A stretch of DNA of 64,000 nt from an uncultured Candidatus Saccharibacteria bacterium (GTDB taxonomy: Bacteria > Patescibacteriota > Minisyncoccia > Phycocordibacterales > JACOZG01). A program made the position numbers and the translations under genes. Positions 44,421 to 54,096 of this stretch are shown piece after piece (position 1 is the stretch's first letter; every line of letters begins with the position of its first letter). The DNA lies in assembly GCA_964460805.1 (NCBI GenBank), contig CAYWPU010000003.1:32014-96013 (forward strand), read 5' to 3'. The notes under the pieces were generated by a model that was given only the letters and a program-made list of their open reading frames with translations, was not told where the DNA came from and did not search any database.

Positions 44421-46855
44421 TCATCATGAGTGAACTGCAACAGAGAGTCAGAGCTAGTAGACTTTATCCGGTACTCTTGCTGGAGCAGGTTATCTCTCGT
44501 CGCGCGCGACACACCTTGCTGGTAATTACCCAGCTCTTATTTCTTGCCTTTCTACTCGTGCTAATTTTTGATCAACAGGGCAGCTTTGTGGCTGGTCAAG
44601 AAAAGTTGCTCTCTGGTTTGGCTTTGCTCACACTGGTGGTGGCCACCAAGTTCTACTTATTAGAACTTTATTTTCGCTCTCATTATTATTCCAGCATCAT
44701 TAGCAATAATTATCAGACTGCCGACCTTTTCTCTTTCACCGTTGGCCGGATTCTCTTCCGCGCGCGCGATGGTGATATCGCGCGCGCTTTTGTGCAGTCT
44801 GAGACTGGTGCGCTGGTCTTGCGCCGGCTGGGGATCACTGCCGAAGAATCCAGATCCTTTCTCCAGTCTCGCGGTAATCAATCTAATATTAATCTAGAAT
44901 TGGCTGGTGCTAAACCTCTAACTCTCCGCGCGCTGGCTGATTGGCTCTGTGCCAACAATTCCGCTTTTGCCAAGTTTCTGTTTCGTCAACAGTTAAATAC
45001 CTCTGACCTCCACGCGGCCGTGGATTGGGTGGTGGGCGATATTGAACGTGAGGCAAGACAAGCGCGCTGGTGGAGCCGCGAGCAATTGGCGCGCGTGCCT
45101 GGTCTGGCTAAAGATTGGTCTTACGGCGGGGCTTATGCCTTGGAGCGTTACGGTGAGGACATGCTCCAATCCGAGCAGTCTGGTATTTTCAATACCGCAG
45201 TTAGCGCCAGAGAAGAGGAGATGAAACAGTTAGAGACTATCTTGAGTCGCAGTGAGGAGGCCAACGCTCTCCTGGTGGGTCCGGCGGGCGAGAGTAAGCT
45301 GGATGTGGTCTGGCAACTGGCTAATGAGATCAAAAGCGGTCGGGTCCCGCCTGGCTTGGAGTACCGGCGTCCGTGGCTCTTGCGCACGGCTTTGCTGCTT
45401 GCCGATCATCGCGAGCGGCAGGACTTTGAGCGTACCATGCTCAGACTCTTGCTGGAGGCGGAGCGCTCGGGGAATGTTATTTTAGTAATAGACGACCTGG
45501 GCGTGCTGCTTGCCGGTGCCGAGCGATTGGGTAGCAAGTTGGTCTCTTTGCTCGGTCCTTATCTGCGCTCGGCATCACTGCCCGTGATCGCTCTAGTTGA
45601 AGCGGGTCTTTATCAGAAGTTATCATTTGAGCAGGCGGATCTACTGAGCCGCTTTGAGACGCTCACGATTAATGAGATTGATCAGTTGCGTCTTTATCAT
45701 TTATTAGAGCAACGAGCCTCACGGTTTGAGGAAACTCAAAATATCTTTTTTACCTACCCGGCAATTAAGGCGACTATTGAGAGTGCTGAGCGTTATTTCC
45801 CCGGCGAGCAGCTCTCTGACCAAGCACTGGATTTAATAGTGGAGATTGTGCCTTGGTCCATCGCGCACCATGTCCAAACAATTGAGCCGGAGCATGTATT
45901 GGCATTGGTGCAGGAGAAGACAAAGATCCCCATGGGTGCAATCGGGCAAGCCGAGCGTGTGGCTTTGGCCAGTTTAGAGCAGAGCCTGCGAGCGCAGGTC
46001 ATTGGTCAAGAGCCGGCACTCCGGAGCATTAGTGAGGCACTCCGGCGTAATCGTGCTGGTGTCTCTAATCGACGCAAACCGATCGGTTCTTTTCTATTCT
46101 TGGGTCCGACTGGTGTGGGTAAAACCGAGACGGCCAAAGCGCTGGCGCGCTCACTCTTTGGCCGGGAGGAGGCACTCTTGCGCTTGGACATGAGTGAGTA
46201 TCAATCCAGTGATGCCCTCACACGCTTGCTTGGCTCGTTCTCCGATAATCGTCCCGGCATCTTGGCCACCATGTTGCGCGAGACCCCATATGGCGTCCTC
46301 TTGCTTGATGAATTTGAGAAAACCTCACCAGAGGTACTTAATCTGTTTTTGCAAATTTTTGACGAGGGATTCTTTAGCGACGCTTTTGGCCGGCGGGTGA
46401 ACGCGCGTAATTTGATCTTGATTGCCACCTCCAATGCTGCCGCTGAGAGCATCTGGCGGATGGTGCAAGCGGGCAATGATCCGGTCGCCGCGCGTGATGA
46501 ATTGGTAGACGAGATGATTAGCAAAGCTATCTTCCGCCCAGAGTTGCTTAATCGTTTTGATGATATCATCATCTTCCATCCGCTTAGTCCTCTGGAGTTG
46601 CAGAAGGTAGCCAAGCTCTTGCTGGAGAGATTGACTACCCGCTTGCTGGAGCAGGGTATCAAGCTCAAGATCACTCAGGATCTGGTGGATCAGGTGGCGC
46701 AAGCCGGTAGCGATCGCGTCTTTGGTGCTCGTCCGCTTAATCGCCATATCCAGAGCAAGGTAGAACAAGTGGTAGCCGATGCGATTATCAGTGGCCGTCT
46801 GACTCCGGGGACGAGTGTGGAGTTCCGTGGCGGCAAATTGATCTCGACTGCTTAA
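44417..46855 (+). CDS. membrane-anchored Clp/Hsp100-family AAA+ protein with degenerate NBD1 and intact NBD2
   Basis: Two N-terminal TM helices and a Clp-N-like repeat. NBD1 Walker A is degraded to GPAGESKL and Walker B to VIDDLG. NBD2 is intact ([24 protein letters not shown], sensor-2 GARPL). Confidence 0.7.
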   Translation: MIIMSELQQRVRASRLYPVLLLEQVISRRARHTLLVITQLLFLAFLLVLIFDQQGSFVAGQEKLLSGLALLTLVVATKFYLLELYFRSHYYSSIISNNYQTADLFSFTVGRILFRARDGDIARAFVQSETGALVLRRLGITAEESRSFLQSRGNQSNINLELAGAKPLTLRALADWLCANNSAFAKFLFRQQLNTSDLHAAVDWVVGDIEREARQARWWSREQLARVPGLAKDWSYGGAYALERYGEDMLQSEQSGIFNTAVSAREEEMKQLETILSRSEEANALLVGPAGESKLDVVWQLANEIKSGRVPPGLEYRRPWLLRTALLLADHRERQDFERTMLRLLLEAERSGNVILVIDDLGVLLAGAERLGSKLVSLLGPYLRSASLPVIALVEAGLYQKLSFEQADLLSRFETLTINEIDQLRLYHLLEQRASRFEETQNIFFTYPAIKATIESAERYFPGEQLSDQALDLIVEIVPWSIAHHVQTIEPEHVLALVQEKTKIPMGAIGQAERVALASLEQSLRAQVIGQEPALRSISEALRRNRAGVSNRRKPIGSFLFLGPTGVGKTETAKALARSLFGREEALLRLDMSEYQSSDALTRLLGSFSDNRPGILATMLRETPYGVLLLDEFEKTSPEVLNLFLQIFDEGFFSDAFGRRVNARNLILIATSNAAAESIWRMVQAGNDPVAARDELVDEMISKAIFRPELLNRFDDIIIFHPLSPLELQKVAKLLLERLTTRLLEQGIKLKITQDLVDQVAQAGSDRVFGARPLNRHIQSKVEQVVADAIISGRLTPGTSVEFRGGKLISTA

Positions 46856-46857
46856 GT

Positions 46858-47712
46858 ATGGTGTCGCGCCCCAATATAGATCGTGCCGAGATCCTGAGAC
46901 GCTCGCGCGAGTTGCGGTCAACACGGCGCAAACATCGCTTTTATGTCCTGCTTGCCTTGCCTGTGGTGTTAGTCATCACTCTGGTAGCCCTGGCACACTG
47001 GGATCGGCTGTTAATTTCAGAAGTAGCTGTGCAGGGTGCGCAAACTATTGCAACGGAGAGAGTGCAAGCTACTGCTCTGGAGGTTTTGGTTGGACGCTAC
47101 GCTGGACTTTTCCCCCGGCGCAATATTTTACTCTGGCCTAGGCAGGCAATCCAAGATCGCCTGGCACGAGATTATCCGGCTTTTAGGCAAATTGATCTGG
47201 AACGTTCAAAGCAAAAGTTGCTGATCATAGTTCAAGAGCGTGTCGCTGAGTATCTCTGGTGCGGAGCTGAGGAGAGCTCGCCTTGCCTCTTCCTAGACCG
47301 CGACGGGTTCGCTTTTGATCACGCGCCCGAGTTCTCGGGTCATCCTTTTTTTGAGATCATAGATCACTCGGCGTTGCCGGTCCTTGGCCGTTCGCCACTC
47401 CCACCAGGCGAGTTCTCATCCACAGTTTTGCTCTCGCGCAGCCTATCTTCTGTACTCAGCGACTCTGTGATCGCCTCTGTCCCCACCATGGTTGATTTAA
47501 AAGAGACAGGTGAACTCCACTTCCAGGTCGGCCGCACTGTGGTGCTGGTAATGCAGAGCTCAGATCCAATTATTTTAGAGCGCGATTTGCGTGCGGCTAT
47601 CAACTCAGAGTCCTTTCTTGATGAATATCGCAAGAGCGTTGCGGCGGGCCACCAGCTGGAATATCTAGACTTGCGCTCGGCAGGCAAGATGTTCTATAAA
47701 TTTGGTCCATGA
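46858..47712 (+). CDS. ftsQ: cell division protein FtsQ/DivIB
   Basis: Short cytoplasmic N-terminus, single TM, POTRA-like region (EVAVQGAQTIATERVQ...LIIVQERVAEYLWC), and an FtsQ-like beta domain. Confidence 0.65.
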   Translation: MVSRPNIDRAEILRRSRELRSTRRKHRFYVLLALPVVLVITLVALAHWDRLLISEVAVQGAQTIATERVQATALEVLVGRYAGLFPRRNILLWPRQAIQDRLARDYPAFRQIDLERSKQKLLIIVQERVAEYLWCGAEESSPCLFLDRDGFAFDHAPEFSGHPFFEIIDHSALPVLGRSPLPPGEFSSTVLLSRSLSSVLSDSVIASVPTMVDLKETGELHFQVGRTVVLVMQSSDPIILERDLRAAINSESFLDEYRKSVAAGHQLEYLDLRSAGKMFYKFGP

Positions 47713-48743
47713 GTCACAAGCTTGTTTGGGTCATAGTGATAGCACTAGCGATAGCTGGCGTTTTGGCGTTGGCTTATGCTCTGTTTTACACCGGACTATC
47801 AGACTCTGAATCAGAGCCGCTATCACCAATACCAATTAGAGCGCTAATTGGTTCTGTTGTTCAGCCGGAACCGGACACAATCACACTGGCACTAGTGGGC
47901 GATATCATGCTAGACCGCGGCGTAGAGCACTCAGTGATGCGCCACGGCAATGGCGACTTCTCCTGGCTATTTGCTAGCACAAGAGACTTGCGCGAGGTGG
48001 ATATTTTATTCGGCAATTTGGAGGGCCCCGTTTCTGATTTGGGCCGGAACGTGGGGAGTATTTATTCTTTCCGGATGCAACCAGCTGTTGCGGGTGCGCT
48101 GGCAACGGCTGGTTTTGATATCCTCTCTCTAGCCAACAATCACATTGGCGACTGGACGCTGGCGGCCGCGCTCGACACCAAGCGGCTCTTGCTAGAAGCG
48201 GGGATTGAGGCTGTGGGCTTGGGTAGCAATAAATCAGAAGTAATACAGCCAGTCGTTCTAGAGAAATCTGGTCAGAAGATTGGCTGGCTCGCCTTTAGCG
48301 ACGTTGGCCCCAACTGGTTGGCAGCGGGTGCGACAAGCGGCGGGATCATCCTGGCGGCTGATCCGGATCTGCCGGAGATTATTGCCTTCGCTTCTCAGGT
48401 TGTTGATCACCTGCTTGTCTCTTTCCACTTTGGCAATGAGTACGAGGCTCGCGCCAGCCTGCGCCAGCGAGAGTTAGCACGCCTGGCGATTGATCACGGC
48501 GCGCGAGTGGTGGTGGGGCATCATCCGCACGTGGCGCAGGAGGTGGAGAGGTATCAAGACGGTCTGATTGCTTATAGCCTGGGCAATTTTATTTTTGATC
48601 AAGACTTCTCGCCCGAGACAATGCGCGGCTTGGTGCTGGAGCTGGAGTTGTCTAGAGAAGGGATTAAATCTGCCCGCACGCGCGCCTCTCAACTAGACCA
48701 ATACTTCCGTCCCACGCTGGCTAATACCGCAACTGATGTCTAA
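47709..48743 (+). CDS. CapA/PgsA-family metallophosphoesterase
   Basis: GDIMLDRG, LANNHIGDW and VVGHHPHV metal-binding motifs of the CapA family, with an N-terminal anchor. Confidence 0.75.
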   Translation: MSHKLVWVIVIALAIAGVLALAYALFYTGLSDSESEPLSPIPIRALIGSVVQPEPDTITLALVGDIMLDRGVEHSVMRHGNGDFSWLFASTRDLREVDILFGNLEGPVSDLGRNVGSIYSFRMQPAVAGALATAGFDILSLANNHIGDWTLAAALDTKRLLLEAGIEAVGLGSNKSEVIQPVVLEKSGQKIGWLAFSDVGPNWLAAGATSGGIILAADPDLPEIIAFASQVVDHLLVSFHFGNEYEARASLRQRELARLAIDHGARVVVGHHPHVAQEVERYQDGLIAYSLGNFIFDQDFSPETMRGLVLELELSREGIKSARTRASQLDQYFRPTLANTATDV

Positions 48744-49723
48744 TGTCTAAAAATACACAATCAAACTTTTGGCAGCAGCTCCCGCGACCCTTCTTTGTGC
48801 TCGCGCCCATGGCTGATGTGACTGACGCTGCCTTTCGCCGCATCATCGCCAAGTACAGCAAACCAGACGTGTTGTGGACAGAATTTGTCTCGGCAGATGG
48901 CCTGATGAGCCCAGGTCGGGAAGTTTTGCTTAATTCGCTGAAATATACAGAAGCAGAGCGGCCCATCCTCGCGCAACTCTTCACTAGCAAACCAGAGAAA
49001 ATGGAACAAGCGGCTCGGCTCTGCGCCGAGCTCGGCTTTGACGGCGTGGATATCAATATGGGTTGCCCGGATAAGAGCGTGGAGAAGCAGGGTGCCGGAG
49101 CAGCGCTCATTAAGAGTCCCAAACTGGCGCAAGAGTTAATCAAGTCAGCCAAGCGAGGGGTGGGTGATAAATTGCCCGTCTCGGTGAAGACGCGCCTGGG
49201 CTACCGGCGAGACGAACTGGATACTTGGCTGCCGGCGCTCCTGGAGGCCGAGCCGGCGGCGGTAACGATCCACGCGCGGACAAGGCAAGAGATGTCCAAG
49301 GTGCCGGCGCGCTGGGGGGATGTAGCGCGAGCTGTTGATATTAGGAATAAGCTCGGCAGTAGCGCGTTGATTATCGGCAATGGCGACTTGCGCGACTTGG
49401 CCGATGCCAAGGCGCGGGTGGCCGAGAGCGGCGCTGACGGTGCGATGCTCGGGCGTGCAATCTTTGGCAATCCGTGGCTCTTTGCTAATCCGCCTCATCA
49501 GCCGGATATTGCTGAACGATTGCGCGTGCTGGTAGAGCACACCAGATTATTTGCCGAGCTTTTGGGCGGCATCAAGAGCTTTGCGGTGATGAAGAAGCAT
49601 TATAAAGCGTACGTAAATGGCTGGGATGGAGCAAAGGAGTTGCGGTTAGAGCTGATGGAAGCTAATAATGCAGATGAAGTGGCGCTGATTGTGGAGCGAT
49701 ATTTAAAAAATGGCTTAAAATAA
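48743..49723 (+). CDS. dus: tRNA-dihydrouridine synthase
   Basis: APMADVTDAAFRRI, DINMGCP, and catalytic Cys/Lys region of the Dus family TIM barrel. Confidence 0.85.
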   Translation: MSKNTQSNFWQQLPRPFFVLAPMADVTDAAFRRIIAKYSKPDVLWTEFVSADGLMSPGREVLLNSLKYTEAERPILAQLFTSKPEKMEQAARLCAELGFDGVDINMGCPDKSVEKQGAGAALIKSPKLAQELIKSAKRGVGDKLPVSVKTRLGYRRDELDTWLPALLEAEPAAVTIHARTRQEMSKVPARWGDVARAVDIRNKLGSSALIIGNGDLRDLADAKARVAESGADGAMLGRAIFGNPWLFANPPHQPDIAERLRVLVEHTRLFAELLGGIKSFAVMKKHYKAYVNGWDGAKELRLELMEANNADEVALIVERYLKNGLK

Positions 49724-49763
49724 GGCTTTTCTGGCGTTCATCAACGATAATCGCGAAAAAAGC

Positions 49764-49791
49764 TTGACAAATTCTGTGGGCTTGCTATACT
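49764..49791 (+). promoter_or_regulatory. sigma-70-type promoter TTGACA-16-TATACT
   Basis: cttgacaaattctgtgggcttgctatact drives a roughly 350-nt unit that ends at the terminator 50104-50145. Confidence 0.55.
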
Positions 49792-50103
49792 GTCCATACA
49801 GATGGTTTAACGCCTGCTCTGTGCCGGCAACCATCTGGGGTAGATCTTTCAAGGAGGCCATTATGGCATCGTACAAGCATTACGGCGGCGGTCATTCTCT
49901 TCTCAAGGTTTCTATTATGATTCGCAACGACGACAACGACGGCGCGCACTGATCTCGGCGACGACCTTTCCAGGTGGTCTGGAGAGGTAAACTGAGGCCC
50001 AATGTGTCTATTTGGGAGGAAGACCTGCCTGGCCCCGGGCTGGCAACCCTGAGTAAGAGTAGCGACAACTGCTCTGAAAACTGGCCAAAAGTTCCAACCA
50101 AAC

Positions 50104-50145
50104 AAAGCCCGACCTACGTTTTCTAACGAGGCGGGCTTTTTTTAT
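50104..50145 (+). terminator. intrinsic terminator immediately upstream of pepF
   Basis: aaagcccgacc...ggcgggctttttttatt. Confidence 0.6.
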
Positions 50146-50170
50146 TGCTAATTTTTGCTAAGATAGCCGG

Positions 50171-51949
50171 ATGGGAGCAAAGCAGAAACTGGAGGCTAAG
50201 ATGCAGACAAAATGGAATCTCGGGCTTTTATATCAAAACGCGCAAGATCCACAGATCGCGCGCGATCTTAAAGCGGCCCAGCAGGCTTATGTCGCTTTTG
50301 CGGAAAAATATCGCGGGCGGGAGGATTACTTGAGTGATGAGCAGGCGCTCGCGTTGGCGCTCGCGGATTATGAGAAGCTATCAGATTTAGACTTAGAGAA
50401 GCCACTGCTCTACTTCTCTTATCGCCAGAGCTTGGACAGCGCGGATAAGGAGGTCGAGGCGCAGGTTAATCTCTTGAGTGAGCAGGCGAGCAAGAACGGC
50501 AACTTGATCGCTTTCTTCACGCTCGCGCTGGGGCAGATTAAGCCCGAGAAGCAAGAGCAATTCTTGCAGAGCAAATTATTAGCGCCGTATCGTTATTTTC
50601 TCCAGCAGATATTTGCCGAGAGCAAGCACTTTTTGTCTGAGCCGGAAGAGAAGCTCTTGAACTTGCTCAGCTTGCCGGCGAGTCAGCTCTGGGTGCAGGG
50701 GAATGAGAAGGCGCTGGCGAGCCTGGAACTGCGCTGGCAGGGCAAGAAGATTGCTCTGCCGGAGGCAATGGGTCGGCTCTCTACCTTGCCCACGCGGGAG
50801 CGGCGGGCGCTGGGCGAGCTGATCAACGAGAGCTTAAAGAGCTCTGCCCACTTTGCCGAGAGTGAGCTGAACGCGCTGGTGATTGGTAAAAAAATCAGAG
50901 ATGAACTGCGCGGTTATGCTCAGCCGTACTCAGCTACTGTGCTAGGTTACGAGAACGAGCCGGAGACAGTTGAGAACTTGGTGAAGACAGTTACCGAGCA
51001 CTTCCCGCTCGCGCACCGCTTCTACAAGCTTAAGGCAAAATTATTGAAGCAAAAGACGCTGGTTTACGCCGATCGCTCAGCGCGAGTGGGGCGCGTGGAG
51101 CGGCCGATCCCGTTCCCTCGCGCGGTGGAGCTGGTGCGGCGGGCGTTCGCGCGCATTAGCTCGGATTACTCCGCTGTGTTAGACGAATTTTTGCAGAACG
51201 GCCAGATTGACGTCTTGCCTCGCAAGGGCAAGCACGGCGGCGCGTTCTGCTCTAGTTACGGCCATCTACCTACTTTTATCTTGCTCAACCATACACCCGA
51301 CTTCCGCTCGGTGACCACGCTAGCGCACGAGCTGGGGCACGCGATCCATTGGCGGCTCTCGGCGGCGGCCCAGCCGCCACTCTACCGCGATCACAGCACG
51401 GCTACGGCTGAGGTTGCGAGCACGCTCTTTGAGAACTTTGTATTTGATGAGATTTTGCCCACACTCTCGCCAGCCGAGCGGGTGATAGCATTGCACGACA
51501 AATTAAACGACTCTGTTTCTACTATTTTTCGCCAGATTGCTTGTTTCAACTTTGAACTGGAACTGCACCAGACTATCCGCGCGCGTGGTAGTCTGGCTAA
51601 AGAAGAAATCGCCAAGCTGATGAACAAGCACATGCAGGCTTATCTTGGGCCCAAGTTTAAGCTTACAGAAGCTGATGGCTACTTCTTCGTCAATTGGTCG
51701 CACCTGCGCAACTTTTTCTACGTCTATTCTTACGCTTTTGGTGAGCTAGTCTCCAGCGCGCTGTATGCGCGTTATCAGACTGACAATAATTTTGAGCAAA
51801 AGATCAGGCAATTTCTCTCTGCTGGCGGTAGTGCCTCGCCGGAGGAAATTTTCGGGCAAATTGGTATTGACGTACGCGAGCCGCAGTTCTTCCGCACCGG
51901 GCTAGAGAAGATTAGCACTGATCTAGATAGACTAGAGAGCCTGATATAA
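50171..51949 (+). CDS. pepF: M3B-family oligoendopeptidase F
   Basis: HELGHAIHW zinc motif (HExxH) in an approximately 590-aa M3-like protein. Confidence 0.8.
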   Translation: MGAKQKLEAKMQTKWNLGLLYQNAQDPQIARDLKAAQQAYVAFAEKYRGREDYLSDEQALALALADYEKLSDLDLEKPLLYFSYRQSLDSADKEVEAQVNLLSEQASKNGNLIAFFTLALGQIKPEKQEQFLQSKLLAPYRYFLQQIFAESKHFLSEPEEKLLNLLSLPASQLWVQGNEKALASLELRWQGKKIALPEAMGRLSTLPTRERRALGELINESLKSSAHFAESELNALVIGKKIRDELRGYAQPYSATVLGYENEPETVENLVKTVTEHFPLAHRFYKLKAKLLKQKTLVYADRSARVGRVERPIPFPRAVELVRRAFARISSDYSAVLDEFLQNGQIDVLPRKGKHGGAFCSSYGHLPTFILLNHTPDFRSVTTLAHELGHAIHWRLSAAAQPPLYRDHSTATAEVASTLFENFVFDEILPTLSPAERVIALHDKLNDSVSTIFRQIACFNFELELHQTIRARGSLAKEEIAKLMNKHMQAYLGPKFKLTEADGYFFVNWSHLRNFFYVYSYAFGELVSSALYARYQTDNNFEQKIRQFLSAGGSASPEEIFGQIGIDVREPQFFRTGLEKISTDLDRLESLI

Positions 51950-51969
51950 TAATTTTAAAATAAAAAGAC

Positions 51970-53007
51970 ATGTCTGAGATCTCGCTCTATCGCAAATATC
52001 GTCCGGCTAAGTTTGCTGAAGTGATCGGGCAGGAGACTGTGATCCGCGTGCTCTCTGGCGCGCTCAAGCTGGGCAATGTTGCCCATGCTTACCTCTTTGC
52101 CGGCTCGCGTGGCACGGGCAAGACGAGCATTGCACGGATCCTCGCCCGCGAGCTGGAGACTGAGCCAGAAGATCTCTATGAGATAGACGGCGCGTCTAAT
52201 AGAGGTATAGACGAGATCCGCGCGCTGAGGGAAGCAGTGGGGACGATGCCGTTCCGCTCGCCGCGGAAGGTCTATATTATTGATGAGGTGCACATGCTCA
52301 CGCGTGATGCTTTTAACGCTCTCCTTAAAACTCTAGAAGAGCCGCCGGCGCATGTGGTCTTCATCCTCGCTACTACGGAACTGAACCGCGTACCCGAGAC
52401 AATTATTTCGCGTTGCCAGTCTTTCACTTTCGCTAAGCCAAGCCTGGCGGACATCCGCGCGCTCTTAGAGAGAATCGCCAAGAGCGAGAAAATTAAACTA
52501 GAAGTTGAAGCGTCTGAACTGCTCGCTCTCATCGCTGAGGGCTCCTTCCGTGATGCTGTTGGTCTCCTCCAGCAAGCGATCAGTGCCTCACGTGATAACA
52601 AGATCACGTTGACGGAAGCCGAGCTGGTCACTGGCGCGCCAGCCGCCAGCCTGGTCCGCGATCTGGCACGGGCAATTATTGCCTCAGACATTGCCGTTGC
52701 ACTCGCTACCATAGAGCAAGCGGTGAGCAATAATCATGATATTAGAGTGTTGATCAGGCTGACAATGCGGCAGATGAGGCTGGCGCTCTTGATTAATCTA
52801 GATGAGAAAAATCAAACCAAGTGGCTGGCTGGCCTGAGCGGGGAAGAAGTGGGTTTTATCAAAGAATTGGGGAAGAGAGAGAACACCCGACGCTTGCCAG
52901 ATACTCTGCGCGCGCTACTCTCGGCGCATGAGGAAGTGGGGAAGGCGGTGGTGCCCAGCCTGCCGCTGGAGCTCGCGCTGGTGGGGCTTGCGTCTGGACA
53001 GGAGTAA
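51970..53007 (+). CDS. dnaX: DNA polymerase III subunit gamma/tau (short form)
   Basis: N-terminus YRKYRPAKFAEVIGQE...HAYLFAGSRGTGKTSIARILA, Walker B IIDEVHML, SRC/sensor motifs. Only 345 aa. Confidence 0.8.
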   Translation: MSEISLYRKYRPAKFAEVIGQETVIRVLSGALKLGNVAHAYLFAGSRGTGKTSIARILARELETEPEDLYEIDGASNRGIDEIRALREAVGTMPFRSPRKVYIIDEVHMLTRDAFNALLKTLEEPPAHVVFILATTELNRVPETIISRCQSFTFAKPSLADIRALLERIAKSEKIKLEVEASELLALIAEGSFRDAVGLLQQAISASRDNKITLTEAELVTGAPAASLVRDLARAIIASDIAVALATIEQAVSNNHDIRVLIRLTMRQMRLALLINLDEKNQTKWLAGLSGEEVGFIKELGKRENTRRLPDTLRALLSAHEEVGKAVVPSLPLELALVGLASGQE

Positions 53008-53337
53008 TTAACTCGCTAGCGTCCCCGGCGGGATGCTGGAGTTAGGTTCCAGGATAGAGAAGGCGCCCTCTGGCGTGGAGAGAGCAAAGAGCATACCTCG
53101 GCTCTCGTGGCCCCTGATCACGCGCGGCTCTAGGTTAGCTACAAACATCGCCGTCCGGCCCACTAGCACACTGGGGTCAGGGAAGTGCATAGCAATGCCC
53201 GAGACAATCTGCCGCGGCTCCGGCTCGCCAAGGTCCACGCTCAGTTTGAGTAATTTATCAGTATCAGGAATTTTCTCCGCGCTCAGGATCTTGCCCGCAC
53301 GGATTTCTATTTTCTTAAAGTCGTCGTAGGTGAGCAT
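53008..53337 (-). CDS. tRNA-binding domain protein (CsaA/Trbp111-like)
   Basis: OB-fold tRNA-binding domain signature IEIRAGKIL...EKIPDTDKLLKLSVDLGE...RQIVSGI. Confidence 0.7.
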   Translation of the reverse strand: MLTYDDFKKIEIRAGKILSAEKIPDTDKLLKLSVDLGEPEPRQIVSGIAMHFPDPSVLVGRTAMFVANLEPRVIRGHESRGMLFALSTPEGAFSILEPNSSIPPGTLAS

Positions 53338-53442
53338 GGGGTCGTTATTATAACACGAAACTATTGAACAAGTGTGGTGTAATGTGAGAGGACATCGCTG
53401 TTTTTTTGTATAAAAGTCGTTGTTTTTGCTTACGGCTTGTGT

Positions 53443-54000
53443 CTAAGGTTCCGTGGCAATCTTGTATGTATTTTTGCCAACCGCGTAGAGAAAAAATAAA
53501 AAAAGAACTAGAAATAGTACAGCGATCACAACGCTAACATAAGATGGGATGGCTTCCAGTAACCATTTAGTTAGTACAAGTGACGCAAGAGAAATTGCGA
53601 TTATGTTTAGACCGATCGTCATTCCCACTTTGAACGACACAAATATTTTTGTCCTCAAATCAACTAGTTTTTTGAACAGATCGTATTCTTTCGCGGTGAA
53701 TCCTGGATCACTGGTTCCTATTCTGTTGGGTTCTGTGCGCTGTATTTCAAGCAATTCGTGAAAAATTTTAAGAAGCTCAGCGTTGTTTTTCTCATGAAGG
53801 TTACGAGTATGAATTATCTCGTAACCTTTAGTATTGGAAGAAATGTAAGAAATTGTATTGATGGCTTTATTCTTTGAATTATCTAAGACCCCCGATAACT
53901 CTTGAAGTTTATAAACCACAAAGATTGAGAACAATCCAACTAAGGCAGCTGCGACTTGCGCGGCTGTGCTGAAGGTGTAGTACCAAGAATTTGCGTCCAT
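53443..54000 (-). CDS. hypothetical membrane protein in an AT-rich islet
   Basis: 185 aa, N-terminal TM plus C-terminal TM hairpin. Markedly AT-richer than its surroundings. Confidence 0.45.
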   Translation of the reverse strand: MDANSWYYTFSTAAQVAAALVGLFSIFVVYKLQELSGVLDNSKNKAINTISYISSNTKGYEIIHTRNLHEKNNAELLKIFHELLEIQRTEPNRIGTSDPGFTAKEYDLFKKLVDLRTKIFVSFKVGMTIGLNIIAISLASLVLTKWLLEAIPSYVSVVIAVLFLVLFLFFLYAVGKNTYKIATEP

Positions 54001-54096
54001 GTTGCTGTTTTACTAATACTCCTAGTTGTTGAGTATGGTTTTTCTATAATTTTTACTAACTTCCAACACTGCCCAAAATTCAAACTTATCAGCGTG

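Noticed and set aside
49797-50145. Tested the promoter-to-terminator unit against SRP (4.5S) RNA, tmRNA and RNase P RNA by eye.
   Set aside because: It lacks the SRP helix-8 GNRA/GGAAGCAGCC geometry. It has no tRNA-like 3' end or ANDxxxALAA-type tag frame for tmRNA. It has no GGAAAGUCCGGGC / ACAGAAnCCGGCUUA RNase P motifs. It is left as an unclassified candidate.
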